The notes under the pieces were generated by a model. It was not told where the DNA came from, searched no databases, and saw only the letters and a program-made list of their open reading frames with translations. DNA of 64,000 nt from Nemertoderma westbladi (Eukaryota; Animalia; Xenacoelomorpha): the NCBI GenBank assembly GCA_032718475.1, contig JAUCBJ010008910.1, forward strand, positions 14,300-78,299. Direction: 5' to 3'. Below are positions 35,779 through 47,995 of this stretch, piece by piece. The translations under genes and the position numbers were made by a program. How positions within the stretch are numbered: position 1 is the first letter of the stretch; every line of letters starts with the position of its first letter.

Positions 35779-35849
35779 TCCCGACTGGGATTCGAACTCG
35801 TAACCTATCTGTAATGTAACCAACGCCTTAACCATCTGACCACTGCGCC
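35779..35849 (-). ncRNA. tRNA-like Pol III cassette (A box, B box, T5 terminator) in the 5' LTR
   Basis: GGCGCAG-TGGTCAGATGG...GAGTTCGAATCCC followed by TTTTT. The acceptor stem does not pair, so it is not a true tRNA. Confidence 0.6.
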
Positions 35850-38276
35850 ATTAGATTACCTACGGGTTTTATGTGTACCAATATGAATAGGCATATTACA
35901 TTACTGTAATTTAATCAAAATGCGTCGGATTTTAGAAAGTTTTTACGTTAAACTACAAATGCTACATTATAGTGAAATAATCCATCATCAACAAAGATAA
36001 CAGCCAGATGCCTGTCTTTCTTTTTTGATAACTCTTCAATTATCCTTCTAAGTGCCAAAATGGGCTCCATGGTCCCACGACCTTTACGGAACCCATTCTG
36101 ATTTCCACAGAGCAGTCTCTCAATGGGATCCCTGATGCGATTTAATAGAATTCTATTGTATAGCTTTGCAGCAATCGAGATCAATGAGATTCCCCGAAAA
36201 GAACCATAGAGTGTTAGGTTGCCCTTCTTGGGAACTGGCACCAACTTATTTGTTTTCATTTCTTGTGGGACTCTTGTTGTACGGTACATGTCTACTATGA
36301 TGGGATAGATGAGCTTTAAACACTCAGGTATTTTAAAGACCTCAGGGGGAACACCATCTACTCCACTGGCACGATTGGTCTTAATGCTCTTTGCAGCAGC
36401 CTTCACTTCTGCAAAGGAGATATCACCAATGGGAATATCTGGGAGTACAGACTCAGACACTTTTACTTCTATAAAGTTATCAGGCAATACCCTGTCATTA
36501 TTGAGGAGCTTTTCAAAGTGGGCCTTCCAACCATTGAGGCGATCGGCTGGTGATTCAGCCTTAACCTGGGTGGTTGGTTGGCTTTTTCGACCAGCAAGCA
36601 AGTTGATCGATCTCCATGCCTGGGAATAGAACAACAGAGCAACAGACATACCGATTGAGTTAGTGGTACCTGTATGCTTTCGTCGCTCGCCCCACAAGTA
36701 CAGCAGTAATCAGTCAGTCAAATATAGTCAACCAATATAACCAAGCCAAGGTAATTGACTATGATTCTCTGCATCCTGCCCTGATGTTACTCAGCAAAAC
36801 ACAACAGGTATGCTCTGCGTCAGCAAAAGACAGAGTGAGATACTGGCCAGGGCGAACCTAGCAGTTCCTGGAAAAACGCCCTCTTATCTCATTGCTGGTC
36901 AACAACCAATAAAAAGCCACCATCTTGCCATGTTTAATACAATATCATATATCATCAATGTTGAATGACAAACTGTTATTCACTGGGCATACAGCCAGAC
37001 ACAGTCTATAGATAGTTGCTCAGATAGTCAGCAGGCTAGAAATTAACACACGAGCAGTCTAACAATCACAGTCGGGAGTCATGCCAACTGACTGTTTCAC
37101 AGTTCGCAATGTATACTGAAGAACACTCTATTGAAGTACAACAACGACGTGGATGAGTGAATCCATTTGGGAGATCCATGCATGGTTCTGGAGGAGGAAG
37201 CAGTCTGTAGTGAACTCCATGACACAAGAATATCACTGTTTGGGAGGCAGCAATGGATCAGTATCAGGCTGTGACACAGGATCCATCGGAATGAAACAGT
37301 GGATCAAACCGCGTCGAGGAAGATGGAGGGAACACGGCAGGAGGAACAGTCTACAGGGGGCTGTGGGAGGCGAGGGGACTGATGGAATGGCAACGGGTGG
37401 GCCCACTGTATGATGCCATACGAGGAGGAACCCAGGGAGTCTACCAGCCGAGGAGAACGTTGAGACTACATCTCGAGCACGAGGCTACAACGCCTCCAAG
37501 AAGCTCCTCTACAAAGCGAAGAGGATTGGTAGGGTGGATCGAACGAAGCTTCTATATAAGGATGGTTTTTCCAATAAACATTTTGAGTGCTAAGCTCGAT
37601 TTAGGCAATGGGAAGTGGCAGATGAGCAGGCGTGAGAGGTGGCTGTGGACTTATTTGAACTTCAACGATTAAATATGATAGCTTTTGATAAAGTGTATAT
37701 GGTGGAGATATGAATGAGGGGGATATAATTAATAGATAAAGCCAGTTCGGATGGTGTCAGCCTCAAGATAAATACAGAGGACTAGATATCATCTGTGGGG
37801 AGGGCCAGTAGAATCGATAAAAAGCAGACATACTTTATCATCATTTGTCTAGGATTGAGATTTAATGTGTATTTGAATGGATTAAAAATCATTATCAATA
37901 GAAACCAAGATAAGAAATTATCAGAGCGCTCTGTAGCAGCCAATTACAGCCGATTTTCAAAATTGGTTTGCCACATTTACTTAAACCCACCACATTGACA
38001 TAGATTTTACGAAAAGAACACACCCTGCCATTCTATTCAGAGCACCTTGTTACCCACTATTCGATTGTTTCTAGCCAAACAGTTTTTCGCACACTAACAG
38101 TGGTGGCAAAAATTTTTTTTGTTAAGCCAGCATAGCAGCTATATGTGCATGTGCAGCTTCAATGCAGTGGGCTGATAGTTCTGCCTACTGAGCTATATAA
38201 ACACAAATCAAAAGCAAATCGAGAAATATTATTACCAAAAACATTTAAGAATTCCTACAGTTGTCAATATAACACC

Positions 38277-39590
38277 TCACAAACATCTAAAAGTAGACAC
38301 AGCCACCAGAGCTAAGATAAATGGCAACCCAAATAAACTGAGTAGCGAGCAAGCAAGTTCCATACCAAAGTAATCATTGAAGAATCCACCTATAACAGGA
38401 CCTACAATAGCTCCTATTGAGAATGCAATTCGAAGCATTTGTTGGAGAAGAGATCTGGTATCAACATTATCATGATAACCACAAACATTCACTGCCATTT
38501 GTGTCTGTGTTTCCAGGGCTGGAACGTGAAATAATCCAGACCCAAATCCTATGAGTGCACATCCAGTGATAGAAATGTTGAGATCATGAGGTAAACCCAA
38601 TAGCTCAGTAGGGCCTATTAGTTGCATTGACACTGCTAGTAACGTTGCACCGAATATGGTTGGTAATATAGTCTTCAATTTCTCCATCATTAAGGATATT
38701 ATTAGACTAGTAGAAGTATCAATACTTGGAAATATAATATAAATACGACCAATATTGTACTGGTTGACATTGTAGTTGTGGTAAATGTAGGCAGCATAGT
38801 TCGCAACTGTGAAGGATGATAATGTTCTGGAACAAATATTCATAATAAATATAAGTGTAATTGTTGGATTCTTCAGAAGCCCAATATAAGTTGGTCTGTC
38901 ATTCGATTCACATCTGTCGTAAATATAACGTGGCGACTCCATCCAGCAGTAAAGTAGAATAATAAGAAACATCAACCCCGATATTATAAATGGGAACTCA
39001 AAACCCAATGAAGCGAAAATTGATGAACCAAAAACTGGTGCAACCAAAAATCCTACACTGCTACAAACAACAGATAAACTAGCTAATAAAGTTCTTTGTG
39101 CAGGCCACAATTCCATCAATAGACTGTATGAATATATAACACTGATGTTGAGTCCAATTGCCTCAATTATGCGCAGAGAAAAACAAGCGAATATATATAA
39201 CCCATTGTTGTTGTTTGGGATATATTCTACAAACCCAAATGCCAATTGGGAGACAGCCCCAATAATTCCAAATAGGCCCAAAGAGATACGAGTGCCCCAA
39301 TTGTTGATAGAATGAGGGCAACTAATGTATATTATAAGTCTGACCATAGCAAACATTGCCAATAATGCACCAATCAGAGTCTTCGACCAACCACGCTCTT
39401 CTACCACAATTGGGAAGAATGTTTCCAGTAGATTCTGACACCAACCTGGTATCATTTGATACATCAGCAACATGGCCACCAACATGTAAAGTCTCCAGCC
39501 CTTTCGATGACTATTCTGGTTAGTAACAATTTTATTTGTTTCATCATAAGTTATAACGGAAGCTGCTCCTTCTGACATCTTGTAGACCAA
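38277..39590 (-). CDS. Intronless MFS transporter, SLC18B1-like
   Basis: 437 aa with about 12 hydrophobic segments. FFPIVVEERG, CFSLRIIEAIG, LGFEFPF, LIGP and IGAIVGPVIGG resemble the SLC18B1 family. Confidence 0.85.
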   Translation of the reverse strand: MVYKMSEGAASVITYDETNKIVTNQNSHRKGWRLYMLVAMLLMYQMIPGWCQNLLETFFPIVVEERGWSKTLIGALLAMFAMVRLIIYISCPHSINNWGTRISLGLFGIIGAVSQLAFGFVEYIPNNNNGLYIFACFSLRIIEAIGLNISVIYSYSLLMELWPAQRTLLASLSVVCSSVGFLVAPVFGSSIFASLGFEFPFIISGLMFLIILLYCWMESPRYIYDRCESNDRPTYIGLLKNPTITLIFIMNICSRTLSSFTVANYAAYIYHNYNVNQYNIGRIYIIFPSIDTSTSLIISLMMEKLKTILPTIFGATLLAVSMQLIGPTELLGLPHDLNISITGCALIGFGSGLFHVPALETQTQMAVNVCGYHDNVDTRSLLQQMLRIAFSIGAIVGPVIGGFFNDYFGMELACSLLSLFGLPFILALVAVSTFRCL

Positions 39591-42500
39591 CTTCTAATTG
39601 ATTATTAATATTGCAGAGCTACTTCAAATTGATTAATTTATTTTATATTAATTAATATGATTATCTTAATAGCCCATGTATTGCTAGTTATATCGAAATT
39701 GAATGTATGCCTACACGCTATCATGCTATATACTGACAACCACAGTCGATAATCATTATAAACCTTGATATTCCTTACCAGCGTAGTATCTATTGTGTTA
39801 ATGTTGCAGCAACGCCTTAACATAAGCCGTTGTTTTGTATTACTATTTCAAAGAAATGCAAAGAAATTGCACTTAGAATAATAGATATATCTATTATTCT
39901 AAGTGCAATTTCTTTGCATTGTGGCTTTCTATTTGTTATGGCTGCAATGTCTCCGCTAAAGGCTCACCTAACTGGATATCCACTGGGAAGCAGAACCTCA
40001 AAATTCTGCCAATCACTTTTCTTCTTATTGATGATGGGCTGTTTTCTGAGAAAGAAATTCATTTAACACTATTTGACCCCGGGCTATTTTTCCTACGTAA
40101 TTGATGCGGGGGAGTGCCATTTAGAAATTTTTTAGTTTTCTTCATATCTTGGCTGAAAAATTACAATTTTTAAGATATAATGGTTTTCAAAGAGCTGAAA
40201 AATATTACACAATAAATATTATCTGGTAAAGTATAACCATATATATTTTGTGATGCTATTCTGGTGGGACGAAAAATACGAAAATTAAAAACTGAAAATT
40301 GTTGTTTTCTATTCATGTGTTTCAGGGTCTTTATCCCCCTAAAATAAACACAAAAAATATTTTAGATATTTCATTCTTTCCCATTCTTTTCACTAACATT
40401 TAAATTTCCCGCGAACACTAATAATTCGATAAATTCTTCACTCCATCACCTAAAATACCAGACATTCGTACTCATTCATTCTTATGAATGAATGTCAAAA
40501 ATTGATTATACGGGTTTTAGGTCGCTGATCACGATTGCACTTGTTTAAAAAAATTTATTGTAGTCCTCTAACTGTCAAAATTGTTATAAATTTGTGCTAC
40601 ACTAATTGTATTGGATGCCACATTGATACATATTCAAAAATGCCATATTCAATGAGCTGCGATATATTTGAGTGTCATTCGTGTTCAGCATGACCAAACC
40701 CATAATGTCATAAAATCAGGTTGATTTTTCATGAGAATATTTGCACTATTTTTTTTTCGTGCCCCTAGGTGCACTTATCAAAATTATCAGAATTTTTCTC
40801 GAATGTTATATTTGAGTTCCATAATCGCAATCAGCATTCAAAAAACCTCTACATACTGAAAATTGATTTTTTTTGGCAGCCATTTAAAACTTTCAAAAAT
40901 TTCACCACGAAAAATATAGATGCCAGAATGGTGCTAGAATGGTCCCAAAGCATGAAAACTAACAACGCTATTTAATAGAAATGTCACGAAATCTAGGTTT
41001 TTACAACAAATCTGGCTCAAAGATACAGCAGGTGAATTACAACAAAATTTATAAAATGAAGCAGGCACGGAGGCGAAATAGATCCCAAAAGTTTTGTGGA
41101 ATGGACAAGTAGGATGCCTTTCAATTACTTTGAAGTCTTTACACATCTCGCGCCTGTCAGACAGCCAATGCAATGTGGGCTCTCTATTGAGTTTCATGAT
41201 GTGTTTATGCGGTTTGTAAAGATTTGTAAATCTTGGTTTGTATACAATGAACTACAATTTATTGTTTGCTGCCAAGTCCTGTTGTTGTGTAATGCGTTGG
41301 TTATCCATCAGGTGATCCATCATATTACACCCCACAAGTGATGCGAGAACAAATATGCATGCATGTTAAAATCAAGAATGTGGAGAAAACAAACCGAACT
41401 GTCTATGTGGAAGATATGGATATGAGCCCATGCAACCTTCTAAAGAACAAGTCAGTTTTACGGCCTCAGTAATCGAACATATGGAACTAGCAGTAGGCGC
41501 AGGGACCATCTGTTCAATGACCTGTTTGCTGAACTGAACCCCTGCATACGCATCTGAAACTTCAATTTTCGAAAATTGAATGCCTTTTACTTTGCGTTTT
41601 TCTACGATATTCCGCTGAACGTCATAAAATCGGAATTATACATTTTAAAAGGGAATAGCACAACAGTGAATCGAAGTGGATAAAGATTGTTTGATAGATG
41701 CTTTATAATCAACCTGGAACACATGTTATGTCCACAACAGTACAAGTTTCTGCTGATTGACCAAGAATAAATTATTTTTCATGCTTTGTTCATTCATTCT
41801 CTCATATAATATATTTCTTTGTACTGCATAAACCCTAATCAACAGGATTTCAATTTCATTTGATTCCTATATGGCAGGGAGATAGAGTGAATTTCTAACT
41901 CCCTTTGATAACTAACTCCAATTCTTTTTGTATTCCACCAGCCAGTAGAAGCTAAGTTCCCAAATCCCTGGTGGGACATGGTGGTGTACTTGAGCAAGTG
42001 GCTTACATCACCACCCTGGAGAAGTACATAAAGGATGTAATTGTAGCAATTACAACTTAACTGCTGCCATCAAGACTTACTGGCAAACTGTAAATGATGT
42101 ACCTGTATGGTAAAGTTGTGCATTGAGGTCAGCCCTACAAGGAAAATATATGACAAGATGCTTCAAGAAACAGAGGGCTTTTCATTCACTACACCTGCCG
42201 AACCTCAGAAAAGCATTAAAAGCATGCCCAAAATAATAGCATGTGGGTCTGATTAAATCCCTCAGAGGTATAGAAAACAGGAGCACTGAACAGACCATTA
42301 TTGAATGTTTGCAAACATATGTTGTAATGGAAGCTATTAACTAAAGCCTCTCCACAAGAAAGGAGACCCCATTGAACCAACAAACTATCCTAGTATTGGT
42401 CTCCTTGTAGTTGCTGCCGAAACATGGGTCCTACTAAACTTCCAGAAACTTCCAGGAGGCACACTTGGTTCAGGGTGTAACAAAAGGACCCCTACAGTCG

Positions 42501-43496
42501 GCAGCAGGGCTGTAGGCCATGGATAGGCGGAAGGTAATCAACCAACGGCTAGACATGCTGACAAGGTCGGCGGAAGGTAATCAACCAACGGTGATCTACT
42601 GCGAAGACGCTTGTAGGAGTTGCGACCACAAGCGGTTTACTCCCGCAACTGAAAGATATGAGTATGAGAACCCTCCAGGAGAAATACCGGCTCAGTCGTC
42701 GCCCGGGTCAACAAGGACCACGTCCCCCAGTGGTACACCAGGCTGGGGTCGATAAATTGGCTACTGGAACAGAAGACCGAGAAGAAAGAAGAACCATCCT
42801 GTTGAAATGTAAAAAGACACTAAAGATTGCTACAATGAATGCACGCACGCACGCTGAAAGCACATACCAAACAGGGTGACATGACATGGTCGCTCTGGCA
42901 ATGGAATATAACATCGACATCATCTGCATCCAAGAACATCGGATTTGTCATGAAAACACTGCCATGAAGTACAATGACATTGTAAATGGATGGACGTTAG
43001 TAATAAGCTCAGCAGTAAGAAACTCGGCCATTGCATCAATTGGTGGAGTAGGAATTCTGCTAAGCCCATTTGCACTTAAAACCCTAAACAACATCGAATC
43101 TATAAATTCCAGGGTTATGATCGCAACATTTGATGGGAATCCCAAGGCAACAGTTATATGTTGCTACAATCCAACCAATGCCTCAGAGCCAGAACAAGCA
43201 GTCAAGTTTTATGAAGAACTGAGTGGACTTATAAAGGACATTCCGAAACACAATGTTAAAGTCATTGCTGGTGACCTGAATGCCCAAATTGGCCCAGAAG
43301 CCATCAAGGGTTACACCTATAACACCAGTTCTAATTGAAATGGGTACTTACTTTTAGTCCTAATGGAAGAATGTGAATTGATACCAACAAACAACACATT
43401 TGAAAAGAGTAAAGGGAAGCTATGGACCTTTCAATACCCTAATGGAACCAAAGCACAACTGGATTACATCCTCATAAACAAAAAGTGGAGAAACAG

Positions 43497-45284
43497 TGTT
43501 AAAGAAATCTCAAAGGGGATTCTTCCTTTTGATATGTTTGTATTTTCGAATGAAACAATGAGGTTAATCAAACTATAACATACCAAGCTAATTGCCCTAA
43601 ACACAAGCCGAAACAGAAACAACCAAAACAATAAATCTGATTTGGCTTCCCAAGCTACTTAATACGAGTGTTGGTGACTTAACACTCCAATTGTTCACCC
43701 TTCACAGAGAAATAAAGCAGTTCGTCAGGCGGACAAATGTTGAATATGAGAATATTTAATAATGCAAAAGGGGGGAAATTATTTACCTAAACCCTGGTGC
43801 CCTTAGCGCTGACTGTAATCAGCTATATTACTGCTTGCTACGCTTGCGACTACTGTAGACTTGCAAACCCGCTATTTTTTAGATAACCACCTAGCTGCCT
43901 AGTGTAAATTTGTCCAAAGATATTTCTGTATTTCCTAAGTGTAAATAACTAAAACTATTCTCCGCTATGCAGCGTACGAAATCCTTATTTTATTCTAAAT
44001 ACTATCATACATAAACTACATTTACTCAAATGTACGGGGTTGCGAACTAATTATTAGGTATTCCAGAATTTGTAACGCTAATTAGTTACATTACTAGGCT
44101 ATACTAAAGACAGCCTAAATACCGTATTATTTGAGCTAACAGTAATTTAACAAGCATAAATAGAAAACAGAAACAATCAAGGTATATAGCGCCTATCTAA
44201 AACATTACACATAAATAGCGTTAGCATTAGCATAGCATTAGCATAAACGTAGCATTAGCATAAATGTAGCATTAGCATAAATGTAGCATTAGCATAAACG
44301 GCTAAGGTCACCCCAGATCAATGTGATCTTTCTACCTAAACCTAGCTAGCATAATAGCAAATCTGAGAGACAAGATCTAGGTCGCCTTGCCCCTTACAGC
44401 CTTAATGGCGACCGGCCCTCGGTCCTAAACTTAATTCAGCCAACCGCAGCCACCAGCCCCGCCGGTAGTGCCATGCATTGGATCCTCCAACTTCTCCCGT
44501 CGCTTCCAAACAGTGAGCCCGCGGCGCCTACCCCTAGCCCAACATGTTAAAGAGGGCAGTTACCGTAACGGCGCAAACATAGTAAAAACCAATCAGACAG
44601 TCAGACAGTCGAAGCAAACAAACGTTGATTTTGGTTCACTACATTGCGGCAATTATATTTGCAATCAGAAATATAAAATCAACAGTCAGACTAAGCAGTA
44701 ATCATATTCAAAAGTCACAAATGTATGAAGAAAGCAGCAACATTTACAACCAACGGAAGTGCAAAAAACGAAGAATAAAGATGGCTACTGCTAAACTGTA
44801 GGAATGAAGCAAAGTCCAAATTTGCTCACATAATCAGCCGACATCCAGGGTTGTCTCAGCTGGATTTTCGACCAACCAGTGGGCAGAACTCAATTTAGGA
44901 TCATTAAAGCACATAATCGCCTCAACTTAATTTGGCGATTATTAAAAGCACAATTTAGGCGTTATTTTAGCACAAACATCGATTTATAGGGAAATGTAAA
45001 TAAAATTAGCAGAAATGTATTAGATTCGATAGATATTGGAAAACGGCAAAATTCATATTTTGTTTTAAAGAATTTTGCCACCGCAAATGAATATATCAGG
45101 GTTTTATTATAAAATGACGTAAATAGGGCTACATACTGTAAAAAATCGACTGAATATAAAATGAACTTGTATATTTTTTATTTACCCTATCTAATTATTA
45201 CGGTTGCACATCAATACGCACTTATCTAACTTATTTTATACTGTATAACGGGTTGTTCTGTACACAGCGCCGTATATCGCAACA
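43497..45284 (-). repeat. BEL-2 3' LTR (1788 bp), with an internal 17-bp TAGCATTAGCATAAAYG array at about 44220-44300
   Basis: Direct repeat of 54126-55522 + 59683-60102. Confidence 0.95.
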
Positions 45285-47409
45285 CCGCTCCAAGGGAAAC
45301 ATGTAATGTTTCTCTCCAATTGTAGAAGAAATATGGCGGCGTGGAATAACAAATAAAATTTACTTTCAAATAAATCAATAAACTTGGTTCTATTATAATT
45401 CTAATACATACAAAATATTGCTACCTTTACTGCATAAATGATTACATACAAATACAAATTAGATTACAAAATATACTTCCTTCGATTTATTTACAAATTA
45501 ACAATTTACTTATTGAAATGGAACATGGCTAGGACTATGTCCCCCATTTCCCATCTCAAATTATAGAGAACAAATAATAACAAAAGGAACTAAAATATAA
45601 AACGTATTTGAGGCGTAAATGTTTAACTTAATATTATTGCATTTTTTAAGGCTGACAATCAAATTAAATATAAAATACGTAATAATTTCTTTCATTTTCG
45701 GACTTTACTTAATTTCTTATAAAAACGCAAATCATCTTGGTTTGATGATTGCTCATGTAAGTGAAAGGAGTAAGCCAAACCCGCGGGTTTGTCTCCCCAA
45801 TCACTTCCTTTGCCTCTTTCAATAAACTTTAGAGCAAATAAAGTCATATACACAAAATCAAATATAGTATAAAGTATTTACTATTTCCAACAAACTATAA
45901 AGTAAAAGTATTTCCTTTCAATATTTTTCGGCCTTCTTTTTTATATAAAAAAATTCTGTCTAAACTAAATCAAATGAAAAATAAGTATAACATATATTAA
46001 AATCCACTTGTGATGGGGGGCAATAAATATATTCGGGCTTTATAATATGTGCGTCGAAACTTCCCGAAATAATTTGGAGTAAAATATCGTATAAATCGCG
46101 GATCGTGGGTATGGTTAGTAGACGGATGGATGGCGCGAGTCTACTGGATGTCGGAACAGCTTGCGTTGTCATTTTGCGTCGTATCTTTACCTCATCTTGC
46201 CTCATCTTTCTCCGGATGTTGCGGGTCGAATGTTGACCAAAGACTCGAGAGTTCCAAACCCGCTTCGTGCCGCGCCTCCAAATCTTTATGCGCTCGATCA
46301 GGCGAAATGGCGGCAGACATCTCCACTAAGGCAGGAGTAGTATGAGTTCCAATCTCACTATATAAGGATCCGGAATCGTAGGAATCGTAGGAATCCCTCA
46401 TACTTCTTCTGCGTCTTCAACTTAAAACCCAATTATACAATAAATGAGCTATAAAGCCCATACCAGTCTTGGCTCGAATTCCCGAGCTACCTGGCCCGCC
46501 TTCCAGCAGTTCAGGTTCGGCTCTCTAGATCCCGTCTCATTCCTAAGCTAACGTCTATATCTATTCCCATGCATAGCGCAAAAACTTTGGAGATAAACTG
46601 GCCGTGACCGACTCACTTTTTGATGCCCAAATTACTCTCCAAATACTTGTACTAGAATACAGTAGTTAGAACAGACATTATTTGGGGCGCTCGACTATAC
46701 CAAACCCACGGGTTTGATTTATCGAACACCTCTCTCCACTACAAACTACTGAGTGGGGTCTGTGTACGTCGCTGGTGCTACTAACCTTTAGCACCTTTGG
46801 TTGTTGTACTGTTGGCACCAATCTGTGGAATCTACTGAACTCAATTTACACTCCTAAATATAATAGCCGTAACCATGGTGTTTAGATACTATGTCTTCCA
46901 ACTTTTCACGACTTTCGAAATTACTATACTCTTATAAACATGTTCACATGTTTATTCTCGTTTGAATTTGTCTTGGGTTCAACTGTAATTATAATTTTTT
47001 AACTTTCAAACTTTCAAATGCAAAAAAAAATTTATTTGATACCCACCAACATATTTTCAAACGCAATTCTCCACAAACCCGCTCCTATGCATTTCCAAGT
47101 ATTTGCATATGAGGAATGCATATGAAGTGAATCTGCGTTTCTGGCATTAATTTTGTTTTGAGGCAGAAGACAAGTTATAGTCTCCTGTCTCAATGCGTGT
47201 TGGTGACAATTGCAATCCCACTGACAGAATCTTCGAATCCAAATCCGCAGATTTGTAAACCGAAGGCTCCACTGGTGTGGTCATTTCTTGTTGGTTACTT
47301 ACTAACTGGGACCCTGGAGCTCCTTGCGCAATCTGTAGGGGTGGCTTTATGTCATAGCTAACCCTTCCAGATCTTGTGGTCACGTATGTCTCTTGATCCA
47401 AGAAGTCTA

Positions 47410-47610
47410 TAGGCCGTTCCAATGGGTCTCTAGGCCGCTCCACTGAGTCCTTAGGCCGCTCCAATGAGTCTCTAGGCCGCTCCAATGAGTCCTTAGGCCA
47501 CTCCAATGAGTCTCTAGGCCGATCCACTGAGTCTCTAGGCCGCTCCAATGAGTCTCTAGGCCGCTCCAATGAGTCTCTAGGCCACTCCAATGAGTCTCTA
47601 GGCTGCTCCA
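47410..47610 (-). repeat. 21-bp minisatellite x10 (PRDSLE[RW] on the - strand)
   Basis: Unit TAGGCCGCTCCAATGAGTCTC. Confidence 0.95.
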
Positions 47611-47995
47611 CAACACCTACTTGAGACGTATCTAAGTTCTGACCCTCTGTTATGTAGGTATATGTAATGACGTCACTTAGGAACGTGCTGTGTCTGTTAA
47701 ACCCACTTTTAGCACCGAAATGGAGCTCTTCGATATCATCCTCAGGGGTATAATCACTATCTGTTTCAGTGTAATAACTGCGTTCTAACTGGTCGTTATC
47801 AGAACATAACTCTTCCTCCGAGTCACTAGCGTTTTCATCATGGTCTTTACAATCTCTTCTTGAGACATCTATGTCTGGAGGGCCTATGGACTCGCGTGAG
47901 TATAGAGATATAGCTATATTATCTTACCTCTCACTTTATCCGAGTTTTCCTGTAGATAACGATTTGTAGGAGTATGGAAATCGGCGTATAGCAGT

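Larger units (their letters stand above)
15661..35987 (-). mobile_element. BEL/Pao LTR retrotransposon BEL-1 (about 16 kb without the nested Gypsy)
   Basis: TG..CA LTRs, 5-bp TSD TCAAC at 15656-15660 and 35988-35992, domain order gag-PR-RT-RH-IN with BEL/Pao motifs. Confidence 0.96.
33881..35987 (-). repeat. BEL-1 5' LTR (2107 bp)
   Basis: Direct repeat of 15661-17769. Confidence 0.96.
14501..36624 (-). mobile_element. 5'-truncated RTE family 1 copy split by BEL-1 (parts 14501-15660 and 35988-36624)
   Basis: Near-identical to 1700-3497. 8-bp TSD AATAGAAC at 14493-14500 and 36625-36632. ORF pieces 14545-15618 and 35948-36697. Confidence 0.93.
13273..36774. mobile_element. Putative non-autonomous TIR element (about 1.4 kb of its own sequence), the outer layer of nest 1
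   Basis: 34-bp perfect inverted repeat ATGCAGAGAATCATAGTCAATTACCTTGGCTTGG at 13273-13306 and 36741-36774. No TSD recognised. Confidence 0.55.

Noticed and set aside
35779-35849. Functional tRNA gene
   Set aside because: The acceptor stem does not pair and I could not fold a convincing anticodon arm. Only the promoter boxes are retained.
37100-37990. Old LINE endonuclease remnant
   Set aside because: Only a weak YIPP-like motif with no continuous frame; not supportable by eye.
47410-47610. Repeat array as CRISPR
   Set aside because: Head-to-tail 21-bp units with no unique spacers and no cas genes, in a eukaryotic TE context.
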